From contig NC_089429.1 of NCBI RefSeq assembly GCF_026210795.1, positions 3,844,001 to 3,908,000 of the forward strand: a DNA stretch of 64,000 bases. The letters run 5' to 3'. The notes beneath the pieces are model-generated. The model searched no databases and was not told where the DNA came from. It saw only the letters and a program-made list of their open reading frames with translations. The stretch is from Rhizophagus irregularis (lineage: Eukaryota). Positions 24,951-37,352 of this stretch are shown here, in pieces. The translations under genes were made by a program, and so were the position numbers. Position 1 is the first letter of the stretch, and each line of letters starts with the position of its first letter.

Positions 24951-27004
24951 AGGGTGTTCTTCATTTCGAAAGAAAACTGTTTCTGGTTTATGTTCTTTGT
25001 GCTCCTTTTATGTCTTAGCAGGTTGGTGGGAACGCTTGCTGAATAAAAATTATACTCCTAGTGGCGAGAAAAATATTTTGGAGTTAAAGGAGTTAATAAA
25101 ATTAGCTGTGAAAAAAGTGTTTGGATACGATCATTTGCGTGAAGGACAACTTGAGGCTATAGAGTCATATTTAAATGGCAAAGATACACTTGTATCAATC
25201 AAAACAGGAGGAGGAAAGACATTGTGTTATGTAATTTGCGCACTAATTTTTGAAGGAATAACAATAGTTATTAGCCCGTTAAAAGCTTGATGGAAGATCA
25301 GAAAGTAAGTAATCGTTTATCTCATTTATCAGTAGTTCGTTGCAAATTATTAAATTATTATTTACATAATTACATTTTATTTTAATAGCGAGAATTAATA
25401 CAAATTGGTATACCATGTGCTTCAATTTATGCAAACACAATACAAGGTAGAAGCGAACAAGAGAAGATATTTGAAGAGATTGCCCTTGGTTTTACAAAAA
25501 TATTATTCATCACTCCTAAGAAACTTTGCTTAAATAAAGAATTTCAAAATTTTATTAGTAATATGTATAGTAAAGCAAAAGTGCGTTTTGTGATTGATGA
25601 AGCTCATTGTATTCTAGATTATGGTAATTTTAGGTAAGTTACTTACGAAAATAGCTTGCTTAATTTAGTGATAATTAAATTTAATAATTCTTTTTTAATA
25701 GAGAATCGTGGAAAAATTTAGGACTATTGAAAAAAAATTGGCCTATAGTCCCTATTATGCTTTTAACTGCTACGTGCACATATAAAGACGCCCAAGATAT
25801 CTGCACATCTCTTGAAATACCATCAGAAAATTTTGCTATGATTCGGGGTTCTTCTTTTGAACGCAAAAAAATAACTATAGAAGTTTATAAAAGAAGAGAT
25901 AATCGTGAAATCTTTTCAAATGATCTTATAAGTTTAATTAAGAAGCATGAAAGAGGAAGAATTATTATTTATTGTGCAACACAATTAGGGTGTGATGATC
26001 TTTTTGCGACATTGCAACCACTATTACCAGATAAAAATTTGGGCGTGTATCATGGAGGAATAGGAGATGAGCAACGTCAAAGCATTATATCGCATTGGAA
26101 AGATGGTAAAATTCAAATAATGATTGGGACCAATGCATTTGGCATGGGTATCAATTCTTCCGATGTTTACCTAATGTACATTGTGTAGCTTCTTTAAATA
26201 TGAGTAAGTAATTATGTTATAATTATTATTTTACACACCTTCTCATATTTTTTTTTTGTATATAGCAAATTTGATACAAGAAATTGGACGAGCAGGACGT
26301 GATGGTAATGAAGCCAGAAGTGTGATGTTTTATTCAATAAAGAAAGATCTAAGAACAAACTTTGGAATTTTGGCTGAAAATCGAGAAACGTGAGTTGCTT
26401 AAGTAAATTTTATCAAATACTATCTATTACAAATTTAAAAGTTGTACTATTTTACATAAATAAAGAGAGAATTAAAACTTTATTATTGTATATTTAAAAC
26501 TAGTTGTTTTGATATACAAAATATGACTGATCAAGAACGTGAACGAAAACTTTACCTTGATATCAGTGTACACAAAATTCACGAAGTTCTTTTATTTTGC
26601 CGAAACCAATATGAATGCAGAAGTCAAATAATTAATCGTTATTATCTTTGGAATGGAGATAATGTTCCTTCTCCTTGTTTGAAATGTGATAATTGTAAAA
26701 ATCGGATTAAAGAACAACCTACTTATGAAAATTGTGTAGAGGATATTCTTCATTTATTAGATACTGTTGAAGAAATGAATTATAGTAATAATTGTGAAAT
26801 TACTGAAGATGATATAGTGGATGTTTTTTGTAAATCGAATACTAAGAAAATTCGAGAATTAGGCTTGACTGAGTTGCAAGTATATAAAAGCGGCCGAAAA
26901 CCAAAATTTGGAAAACCAAAAGAATTGGCAGGCTATATGCTTGCAGATTTGATAGTACGTGGTTACGTAGAACAAAAAATCTCACTTTACTATTCTTGCA
27001 AATG

Positions 27005-27577
27005 TGAATCTCGACGAGCAGCCGAGGAAAATTTCGAGCCGGCTCGCGAAGCCTAGGTATATCGAGCCGAGCTGAGCCGCGGCTCGTAATAATTAGCTCG
27101 CTCATTCAAGCCGAGCTTTTGATAGCTCATTCGAAGCTGGCTCGCAGTTATGAGCTGGCCTCACGAGCTCCAGAACTTTTTTTCTTTATTATTGCCGGCA
27201 TCACGTGATTTTTAATTTTGGCCGGAATTAAGTGATCGACATAGAAATTTCCTTTTTTGGAATCCTGTGCAACGTATTTCCCCATTTTTGATAAGAAATA
27301 AAATTGCCTTTTTTGGATTGTGTAACGTTACTCAGGTGTTCAAAAAAGGAAATTTCCGTGTCGATTACTTAATTCCGGCCAAAATTAAAAAAATTACGAG
27401 AAATATGCAGAATTTGATAAAAAGCTTAGGTCGGCTTCGAGCCAAGCCACCTTAAAAGCTACGGCTCGGCTCAAACTCGAGGTTGGCTCGACACGAGCCA
27501 AGCTCGAAAATTCTAATCGAGACGAGCCGGCTCGAATTTTAGCTCAGCTCGGCTCGAGCCGGAATCGTCGAGCTTTA
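27005..27577. mobile_element. hAT-like MITE in the RecQ C-terminus
   Basis: Imperfect TIR TGAATCTCGACGA / TCGTCGAGCTTTA, degenerate 8 bp TSD TGCAAATG/ACCAAATG, many CGAGCC subterminal repeats. Confidence 0.75.
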
Positions 27578-29562
27578 ACCAAATGCACAAACCTTGTCAA
27601 TGAATGTGTTTATAATAGGACTCAAAGAAGGAGCAAGGGAGAGGGCTATTATAGATTCATGGTATTATTGGACGCGTAAAAAATAAAAAGAATACATAAT
27701 AAATTTAAATAATACATAATAAATTTAAATTTAATAATTTATACAAAATATTTCTTTCTTCAGAATACATTAATTTTTTATTTAAAATTAAATATATACG
27801 AATAATTAAATAAATTTTGCAAATTGCAACGCTTTCAATAAAACATACTAGGGTATTACGAGTTTTTCTAATGAGTCGACGCCAGTAAACAGGGAGCCAA
27901 TAAAAATCCTATTTGCCCATTCGCAAAATAAAAAGCCCATTCGCAACTTTATAGGAAGGTTTTTAAAAAAGGGCTGTAAATAATATGACTTTTTAAGTTT
28001 AAAAAGTATTTTCCTGGTTCGTGGCTTTCTAACCATATAAGTTTCATCCTTTCACATTAAGTATTACATAAGTTTACATTACACAGAAAATTAGTGTTAT
28101 GATTTGCCATATTGATCGTAATAAATTATCACGTGATTTTCTATATCTTTAAGGCTTTAATTTAAAAATTAAGCAGTATTAAGAAAAATTTTTACAAATT
28201 TTCTTATTAAAAAAAGAACTTTTAAATTACTAATTAAACTTTAAAAACAATCTGTATGATTTAAATTTTAAAAAAAATACTTCTGCTTTTTAATTTTCGC
28301 ATTTCTATATTTAACCAATTAAAATTCAGCTGATCGCTGATCACATGCATTAATAACACGTTATTGTTTATTTTTTGTTTATTTTTTCAAAAATATTTTT
28401 TTCTCTTCTTTTTTTTTAGAAAAAAAAAGACAATAAAAATGAATACCAAAATTATTTTAACATATAATAATAAAAATTAAATAAAAAACTTATTTTGATA
28501 ATATATAATATATATATTTGTACCAAAATACTAATTATACAAAAAGTGATATGCACGTATATCAATTAACAATTACTTTCACTAATATCTCTCTGGAATT
28601 GTAATGGTGAATTTTAACAATATTACTATATGTACACCATTTTATGTTTTTATTTTTATATTAATATTATATATTAACATATATTAATTATATTTTTTTT
28701 TTTACTTTTATGTATTTTATTTAATTTTTTTAATATATTACTAACATTACTACTATCGTTTTATTACTTTTTTATATCTAACTAATATATTAATAATATT
28801 ACTAACTTTTTATTATTTCTTTTTTATATTTAAAATAATGATAATATTACTAATTAAATTTCTTTTTTTTTACTAACCTTTTATTATTCCTTTTTTATAT
28901 TTAAAATAATGATAATATTACTAATTAAATTTCTTTTTTTTTTGTTTATATTTTGCTAATATCATTTTTTTTACAAATAGTATATTATTTTATACTAGTT
29001 TTTTATTTATATTATTTATAAAAAAATATTTGTATATTTAATATTATTTAATAAAAATTTTATTGATTATAAATGCATTTTAAATTCTGTTTGCAAATAT
29101 AAAATATACGATTTAATTGAATAATATATACTATTTATCAGTACAAAATATGCAGTTTAAACTGGAAAAAAGTACTGTTTATCAGTATAAAATATACGGT
29201 TTATCCTGGAAAAGTATACTGTTCGCAATATAAAATATAAAACAATATACTGTTTATTGGTATAAAATATACGGTTTTTCTACTATTTACAAGTATAAAA
29301 CATACAGGTAAAACTGGAAAAATATACTGTATGCAAACCGTATATATGATACGGTGTGCAGAATACCGAATATATACAGTATGTGAAAATACTGTAATTA
29401 TACGGTAATAATACTATATATAAATATACTGTTCGCAAAATACGAAAATACAGTATACTAACTGTATATATATTTTTTATAAGGTTGGTATCTGATTGAG
29501 ACAATCAGTTACTAATCAGGCACAAATCGGATACCTGATTGATGACTGATTTGACATCTTTT

Positions 29563-30135
29563 GACCTGTAAAAGTTCATGATTATTGAGTAAATGTTGAA
29601 TTAAGCTTTCTACTTGAATGTGTCATAGTTCTTTATTTGTTAGTGTATCTGGTTCATTATTCTTTTTTTTAAAACCAGCAGCAAAGACATATCCATTATA
29701 ATATTTCATTATGTGTTACTCAAAGTTATAATAACGTATATATTGTTTTTTTACTATTAATAGCACATAATAAAAAGTAAGCAAAATTGATAATAAAAAA
29801 AACACATAAATAAATTTTTAAAACAATTAAACTTACATAAATTTTTTTGAATATTTTTGCTTGCATCAGTTGCATGTTTGAGATCTGCATAATAAATTTC
29901 TGAGATGATAGAAATATTAGCCAATGTTTTATTAGAATCTAAATCTTTATCAATATAGACTTCAAGTAAAATGTTAGATTCTTCCAATATTAGGGTAATT
30001 TGTTCCAGAAGTGCAATTAAGATAGCATGTTCCATTTGGCAAGAACTAGCATCAAAATTACCCTCTTATATTACAACTTTTTCATCAGAAGTTCTATCTT
30101 TTCCTTTTTTGGTAGTAATACAAGATTTTTCTACT
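29563..30135 (-). pseudogene. Fragment of a second Kolobok-type transposase copy
   Basis: ORF 29757-30035 (MEHAILIALLEQ...DLDSNKTLAN) is paralogous to 22454-22669. The homology covers roughly 22390-22960, including the intron. Confidence 0.88.
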
Positions 30136-30164
30136 GCATCAGGAAATTTTATAGCGCGAAAAAT

Positions 30165-30475
30165 TGTGTAAATTTACGATTTTGTAAGTTTACAAAAGTT
30201 TATGGCATAATATTTCAAAAAATTTCAAAATATTACATAAGTTTACAATTTCGTAAGATTTATGTGATATTACGGTTAAAATATTACACAAGTTTTCAAT
30301 ATCGTAAAATTTACGCAATATTACGGTCAAAATATTTTGAAAATTTACGAAACTGTAAACCTGCGTAATATTACAGTTAAAATATTTTGAAAATTTACAA
30401 AACTGTAAATCTGCGTAATATTACAGTTAAAATATTTCAAAAATTTACGAGATTGTAAACCTGCGTAATATTACT
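30165..30475. repeat. ~51 bp degenerate tandem repeat
   Basis: AATATTACRGTYAAAATATTTTGAAAATTTACRAAACTGTAAAYCTGCGT repeated, with the clearest copies at 30317, 30367 and 30417. Confidence 0.75.
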
Positions 30476-31627
30476 ATTTGATCGTTAAAGCTGCGTAAGC
30501 AGTAGAACGTATACAAGGGCATGTGATACTATTGAATAATCAAAAATAATATAAACACCTTTTTTTTATATAAACACCTTTTTTTTTAAGTTTGGGAAAG
30601 CAAATTTATTTTTATTTACAAATTTTTTATTATTTACAATTTTTATGTTAAAAATTAAAGTAAATTCTAATTTTTATTATAACTTAATAAAAAAAATACA
30701 CATTTGATACTTGTTCGCTACTATTTTATAAAATAGTACCCAGGCTGTATGGCATGGACGTCAGTATTAGTCACAGCCCAAAAAAAATGTGAGTCTCCAG
30801 CCGATATTTGGTATGGACTGGGTCTAGCTACTCACTTAATAAATAATAAAAAAATAAAAATAATTATCTTCTTCTATGATACGTAGGTAAGTTTCTCCTT
30901 GCCCTACGATCATTACACGTAACTAAAATTAATCAAATTTATCAAATTTAAAACATGAACGTAAATATTAATTATAAATTTTAGTAGTGTTTTAAGACAT
31001 ATTAATATATTAATATGTCTTAGGACACTACTTGTTCAAGACTAATATGTCCTAGGATATTATAATCTAATAATTAATATGTCTTAAGACATTATAATCT
31101 ATTAATTAATGTCCTAGGACGTTATAATCTATTAATTAATATGTCCTAGGATATTATAATACACATATTAATATATCCTAAAGATGGGGTCTATTTCCTC
31201 TCTCTGTGACCTGTTGGTTAGTAAATATGGATGAGGTGCGCGCCTATTTGGTTGCCTTTCTAGATGCCAAAATATGGTAAAAAAATATCATGTCAGGTGG
31301 CGCAATAGATCTGCGATTAATTTCTGGCTGATCTTTAGAACACATGATCTGATAGATCCAAGTTGGCGTCATGGTAGCGATCTGATAGTATCATGGAACT
31401 GTCATGGAACTGATGTAGAACTGGTGGGGAACTAATAGGAAGCCAGAGAGTTTCTATTTGTTCGCCAGTTTTATGCCAGCTTGGGTGCTGAATTATTATA
31501 TCCAAAAATCTGGCCGAAGTTATGGAATAGTGCTGGCCGAAATTAATTGAAATTTACTGTGCCAAAAATTTTGGGTAACAGGCTAGTTGCAAGCTTATTG
31601 CGGGCTAGTTGTGGGCTCTTCCCCGTT

Positions 31628-32387
31628 TAGGGATGGTTAGGTCGATCCTGGTCCGGTCCTGGTCCTAGGACCTATAAGTCCTATTGAACGGACCTGCGGA
31701 CCAGGTCCTGTTAGGACCAGTCCTGGACCTCCTGGTCCTGACTAAGTTATTTATAGATTTTATGAATTTTAGTAATAATTAAATATAAAAAAAGTGAGTT
31801 GCGATATCGGGATTCACTTTTTTATATTGATTTTATATAAAAAAAGTGAGTTGCGGTATCGGGATTCACTTTTTTATATTGATTTTATATAAAAAAAGTG
31901 AGTTGCGGTATCGGGATTCACTTTTTTATATTGATTTTATATAAAAAAAAGTGAGTTGCGGTATCGGGATTCACTTTTTTATATTGATTTTATATAAAAA
32001 AAGTGAGTTGCGGTATCGCGATTCACTTTTTTATATTGATTTTATATAAAAAAAGTGAGTTGCGGTATCACGATTCACTTTTTTATATTGATTTTAATAT
32101 AAAAATGTGAATCGCAATATCGCAACTCATTTTTTATATGATTTTAATAATATAAAAATTGTATTGCAATATTGCAGTGCACTTTTTTATGATTTATAAT
32201 TACTTAAAATCAAATTTACAGCAAATTATACATATATAATTTAAACATATAGATCTCTTATAACCTTATTGGCTAGGACTTTTTAGGACCTGGTCTGCTT
32301 CTGGTTCAAAATTTGGACCTAAAGATCTGCAGACCAGGTCCTAGAACCAGGTCTTTAGGTCCAGAACCTAGGACTTTACCATCCCTA
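31628..32387. mobile_element. hAT-like MITE with an internal array of ~53 bp hairpin repeats
   Basis: TIR TAGGGATGGT / ACCATCCCTA, TSD TCCCCGTT/TTCCTGTT, GGACC/GGTCC subterminal motifs. About 8 copies of ATATAAAAAAAGTGAGTTGCGGTATCGGGATTCACTTTTTTATAT at 31783-32195. Confidence 0.85.
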
Positions 32388-33011
32388 TTCCTGTTACCTT
32401 GCCGTCATATTCAAGGCAGTGGTTTGGAGATACCCATTTGATTGCCGGATGAGACACAAAGTGCCGAATTTGCAATCCATCTATTTGCTAAAGATGTACC
32501 GCAATCCATTCACTCACTTTTTGATTGCCGGTGAGGCACGAAGTGCCAATGTTATGCCATTCTTGCAATCCCGCCTTCTATGACCTTTTTGATTACCGAG
32601 GATGAGGCACGAAATGCTGAATTAATTCAGGCTATATGGCTTTCATACCCTTTTTTCGTGTATTCTTCTGAACCTTTTTGCCTTCCCAATCTTTTTCCTG
32701 CCTATCACCTGGTGACCCACTCGAGCATAACTTCTTTTTTCTTTCCTATATATAATTCTGCTTGAGTGGGTCACCATTTTTTCGCTTGTTTTTAGCTTCT
32801 AGACCCTATTCCTGTATAGTTACTACTCTGGGATACTTTAGAATACTACCACATCAACCACTTTGGAGTACTACCACATCAATCACTTTGGGGTACTACT
32901 ACTGATCCAATGTTTTGCTAGCAAGCATATTTTCTCAAAATTATATAAAATTTTTATTTTGAACTTTGCTAGTTTCTCTGTTAGTTTATACTAGTTTCTT
33001 GTATATACACC

Positions 33012-36000
33012 ATGCTTCTTGTACAAAAAAATGCCAGGCCTGGCCCTAAAACAATAAATGAAGCAATCAGGCTCTTCTCTGGTTTAGTGGACCTTGACTA
33101 TGAGCCTAGTTATAATGATCATATATACTTTCAATATTTGTCTAATAATAAAAATGATATTTCTCTTCTAGGAGCCTATCATCCTGAAGAGATTTATTCA
33201 AAATATATTATTCGGGTAGCAGGAAAGGGTTTTATGATAGTTAATCATCCATCTAAAGTTTATGGGTTACCCGATACCCATGAGTGTATTGATGGAAATT
33301 TGCCTCTCCACCTGGTTCTGGATATTGATGTGAGGCAAAAGCCTGATCTTATAAACCCTGAACTTCCTTCTTTAAATAAATATAAAATTTCTCACGAAGA
33401 TTTATTATACAGGATCTTAATTGCCTGTATTAGTATTTTATATTCTGATTTAAAACATTTTGCAATATTAAATGCTTTTACCTTAGCCAGTTCGTCTAAT
33501 TCTAATAAATGTAGCTGGCATATCATGTATCCCCATGCTCGTTTTATTGATTATAGAGACCTTGGGGGTTTTGTAGAAAAGGTCGCTAATAAGATCAGAA
33601 AGCCATATTCGGAATTTATTGATATAGGACTTTATAAATCCTGCTTCAGCCTTCGACTTCTTGGATCAGCAAAAGAAAATAGAGTTAAAAGACCTGCAAT
33701 ATTTTCAGTTAAGAACGGGTATTGTGAGCTAGAAGATTATTTGGTTCAATATAAATCTGATTATTCTGAAATCTAGCCACGAACCTTTTCTCCTGAAAAG
33801 CCAGAAAAAGAGGAGTTTCAACTTATCGAAGATGAAACCACCTTAGCTGGTTTAGTTACCGCAAAATATGAATGGCTTGAGGTTGGTAACATTAAGAAGG
33901 GATTTGTTAACTTCCAAGCAAAGTCATATAAAGCATATCCTATTTGCAATATCAAACATGAGAAAGATCAGTTATATGGCTTTCTTCAAAATAACGACTG
34001 TTTTGTATTTAAATGCTATCGACAAAAGCAATATAAACCAGGTCATAAAGGATTGGTATTCGGGGAAGCAACTAAATTTTCTGCAAAGCCTAAGTGAGGA
34101 ATAGTTGAAAGAATAGGCGATGCTATATCCAATCCGCGCCCCTTATAGAATTATCAGAAATGATGATTAATGTAGAAAAATTAAAGGATGTTCCAGAAGT
34201 ATATTCTGATTTCTTGGGTATTGAGAAAACAACAACGCTTATTCGTTCTCCTCCGGGAACATGGAAAACCATTGCATTAAGAGAGATTATTATGGCATTG
34301 AAAGATAAAGTACATGATATTTCTTCTTTACCATGCTATATCTGGATCTCTTACCGAAAGTCTTTTAGTAATGAATCAAAATCCAAACTTAATGAGTTAA
34401 AAGCATCTGGCTTCTGAATTTGCAACTACCAAAATATGCAAGGAGACTTATCTATAAATGAGTGGGATATTATCATAGTATAGGTTGAGAGCCTCTTTCG
34501 TGTCAAATTCACAGACCGTTCATTTGTAGCTATTCTTGATGAAGCTAATGCCATTATGCGCCAAATGTCTAGCGGTACAAATGCACGGGAATCTAAAAAT
34601 GCAATGCGTGATGTCTTAAGATTTGCAAGACATATTTTGGCCATAGATGCCTTCGCAAATATCTCAACATTAACTTTTTTCCAGATGTATCGTGGTGAAA
34701 ATATTTGGATAGTCGATAATAAGTATCAGCCTCATATAAGGTGAGACAGTTGAATTTATTTATGATCCAAATAGTGGAGCAGAAGCCATGCGAATAGGAT
34801 ATGACCTTTTAAGGCAGGGTAAACGTGTGGCATTTGTATCTACTGGAGCAGTGATGGCTAGAGCGTTAGTAGAAAAAGCATCTAAGTCATCTAAACCTGA
34901 TAATTCGCTTATTAGAGCCTGTGCATATTATGGGGATATGGATAAGAAACGGTGACAAAAAGACTTTTCTGATATTAATGTCGCTTGGAGCGAGCTTAAC
35001 TGTATAGCTTATACAAATACAGTGGAGGCGGGAATATCATTCAAGGTTACAAGTCACTTCGATATAGTTATAGCTATTACAAATATCGCCACTCCAGTTC
35101 ATGTTGAGGCTCTTGCAGGACCGGGAAAACTTATAATAAAGGTCACCAGACAATAGTAAAATGATGGTTTTGCCCAAATTAATAAAAATTTTTCTTAAGT
35201 AATTAAACTAAAAATCTAATAAATCATACAGAAATGTCTGAAAAATAAAATGAATTATAAATTATTCTTTTAATATCAATATTAACTGAGATTATTAAAT
35301 TTTCCAAAAAAAATTTTATAATAACGCGAACCACTTTTTAAAAAATTTACTAATTATGCGAACCACCTTTTTGTGTTACACAGAATATATGAAAATCTAA
35401 ATTGAGTGTATAAATCATGCATTTAACTCTAAACTTAAACAGATAAGTTTAATCCACACATTTTGGCTTCATTAAAAATTGTATATATAAAAAATTCAAT
35501 GGATTTTACTAGTGTGCCGGGTACTACAGTGACCTCCATTATAGGTTTTCCTGGTTCTGCTCTTGCACAAATGCTTTATCAAATTCGTGACTGTTCTCGT
35601 CTTATTGTTTCCCTATTCTATCAGAAAAATTCTAATGAGCTTTTTCGCCCACCAGGTCATGAAAATATTCGGGCAGAACTTGCTAGTGCTCGGCCTAATA
35701 ACTTACCTATAGCAATAAAGGGTCATCGTGAATAGGATAACAATATCGTTTCTTATAAAATTGATGAATCTCTGGCTGCAATAATATTTATTGAAGTCAA
35801 GCACCAGAAACGCCTTTCCACAAAATACTTTATTGAGAAGGTTTGTAGTCTTATAGCCAGTACCAGTGCTTCTCTTCAGCTAATAAAAATGGATGAGAGC
35901 CAAGGTGTTATAGGAAATCGTAAAAAAGTCCACAATGAGGTTAGGGTTGAAGCATTAGTTATCAAGGAAACAGATTTTGATGCGGTTGCTACTTCTCAGA

Positions 36001-36783
36001 ATCTTGATCCTAAAGAAGCTGAAAATCTTAAGTTTGACCAAGAACGCTCTATCCCAGATACTATGGCACTTAAACGTTTTTATATGTGAAATATTTATGG
36101 TAAAGATATGGATGATAAGATTTGGGATAATCTTTGCAATAAAAAGTTTGTAAAACATTTCAGTCCACCTGAACCTCAGAAACATTTCTTGCGGTTATCT
36201 CACTTTCGAAAGCAAGGCTATAATGAGGAAAATGCAATGAAAGAGTTAAAGGCCAAAGATATTGCACAATGGGAAGATACCTATTATAAAACTGGATATA
36301 ATTTTGAGAAATCAGTAGCGGAGGACTTGCACAAATCATATTCAGCTAATCATTGGAAAGTTATAAAGGAACTCTTTTAAATACTAGGCTTTACCGGCAT
36401 AGATGATAAGCGTATTCTTTCCAGTAATATAATATCAGAAACGTTCATACAATCCTGCAAGAGGTTTATAGAAGTTCTGGATCAATCCCTATTACTCTTC
36501 GTTCAGATTCAAGTCTCGTGCTAAGGTAACATCGGATCTTAATTCAGCTATAAGGGTAATTAATGCAATTGCTGGAAATTGGTGTGGCTATACTGTAAAG
36601 ATAAATAGGAAAAAAATAGGGTCTAAAGAAAAACAGGTTTGGGAACGTTCATATCAAATTAATCAGCAACCATATAATGGTCTTGGTTTTAGAGATAAAG
36701 GGGCTCCAGAACTTTCACCATATAGGTCAAAAACAGATAACGATATTCAGGAACTCTTTGATTCTATAGGGCAGGACAAATAA
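33012..36783 (+). pseudogene. AEP (PrimPol-like) primase fused to SF2 origin-binding-protein-like helicase
   Basis: Primase: LVLDIDV, KCSWHI, DIGLYKSCFSLRLLGSAK. Helicase: IRSPPGTWKT (Walker A, mutated), ISYRKS, VESLFR, ILDEANAIMRQ, IDAFA, YTNTVEAGISF, QMLYQIR. Many in-frame stops and a MITE insertion; no introns evident. Confidence 0.85.
35116..35559. mobile_element. MITE with CAGGACC termini in the helicase gene
   Basis: TIR CAGGACCGGGAAAACTTATAAT / ATTATAGGTTTTCCTGGTTCTG with duplicated CTCTTG. Excision restores HVEALAQMLY. Confidence 0.9.
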
Positions 36784-36804
36784 TACTTTAGTCCAAATCA
36801 TTAT

Positions 36805-37044
36805 TCAGCTAAGTCTTGACCATATTAGATTCTGTTTTAGTTTTTTTAATTTTGCGCTAGGCACAGTCATAAATTCCGCTATGTGAACTACAGATTCCAG
36901 TATCAGAATAGGTTCCCTTTTACAAATAGGGCATATTATTCTAAGAAGGGTATTATAATGTCTGGCACATCTTAAATCACTCATGCACCCTTTCCCACAG
37001 ATTGAACCATCTCTCTTGATGTATTGGCAGATAAAATGACCCAT
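36805..37044 (-). CDS. Small Cys/His-rich putative zinc-binding protein
   Basis: MGHFICQYIKRDGSICGKGCMSDLRCARH...CPICK. The C-terminus may be frameshifted. Confidence 0.5.
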   Translation of the reverse strand: MGHFICQYIKRDGSICGKGCMSDLRCARHYNTLLRIICPICKREPILILESVVHIAEFMTVPSAKLKKLKQNLIWSRLS

Positions 37045-37352
37045 ACGAGGTAATTTTGATATTAATAATCTCAAAACTTCGCTTTTACTTTTATTATAGA
37101 TATTTAAAAATGTGTTGCATATCTTTCATGGCCAAATCTAGTCCCTTTAGGACCGTGTGAGTTATATTATTATTTTTCTTATCCTTCGACCTGAGAACAT
37201 CCCTTCTATTATTTTTTTACCGATCATGAGTGAGGGCTGGTATTTACAAAGTAAATCTATTATTGGGATATTTTTTTCGAATTGAACTTTTTTGTACGTA
37301 ATATAAAATTAGTACGTTTTAATATTCTTGACTATAGTGTCATAAAAACAAT

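Larger units (their letters stand above)
20882..27686 (+). pseudogene. Spliced DDE transposase fused to RecQ-family helicase, disrupted by stops, a frameshift and two MITEs
   Basis: Transposase: CSHC/CQLC finger, GFDCSW, NFDASSRQME, CIDGD, NEAFN. RecQ: LREGQ, KTGGGKT, VISPLKAL, VIDEAHC (~25590), LLTAT, IIYC, YHGG, GTNAFGMGI, QEIGRAGRDG (~26277), CR..CLKCDNC. About 7 GT-AG introns. Confidence 0.9.
20707..28148 (+). mobile_element. Kolobok-type DNA transposon encoding a transposase-RecQ helicase
   Basis: TTAA TSD at 20703-20706 and 28149-28152, with termini AGGTATAG / CTATATCT. Removing it restores a 92 bp repeat unit. Confidence 0.85.
16502..29484. mobile_element. CMC/CACTA-like TIR element (~13 kb including nested inserts), no own transposase seen
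   Basis: TIRs CCCTATAAAAAATATGTATACAGTT and AACTGTATATATATTTTTTATAAGG, 3 bp TSD TTG on both sides, subterminal ATACTGT/ATACGGT repeats. Confidence 0.8.

Noticed and set aside
25727..27056. Cellular RecQ (SGS1/BLM) ortholog
   Set aside because: It lies within TTAA-flanked element ends and is fused to a transposase. It lacks the long N-terminus and HRDC domain.
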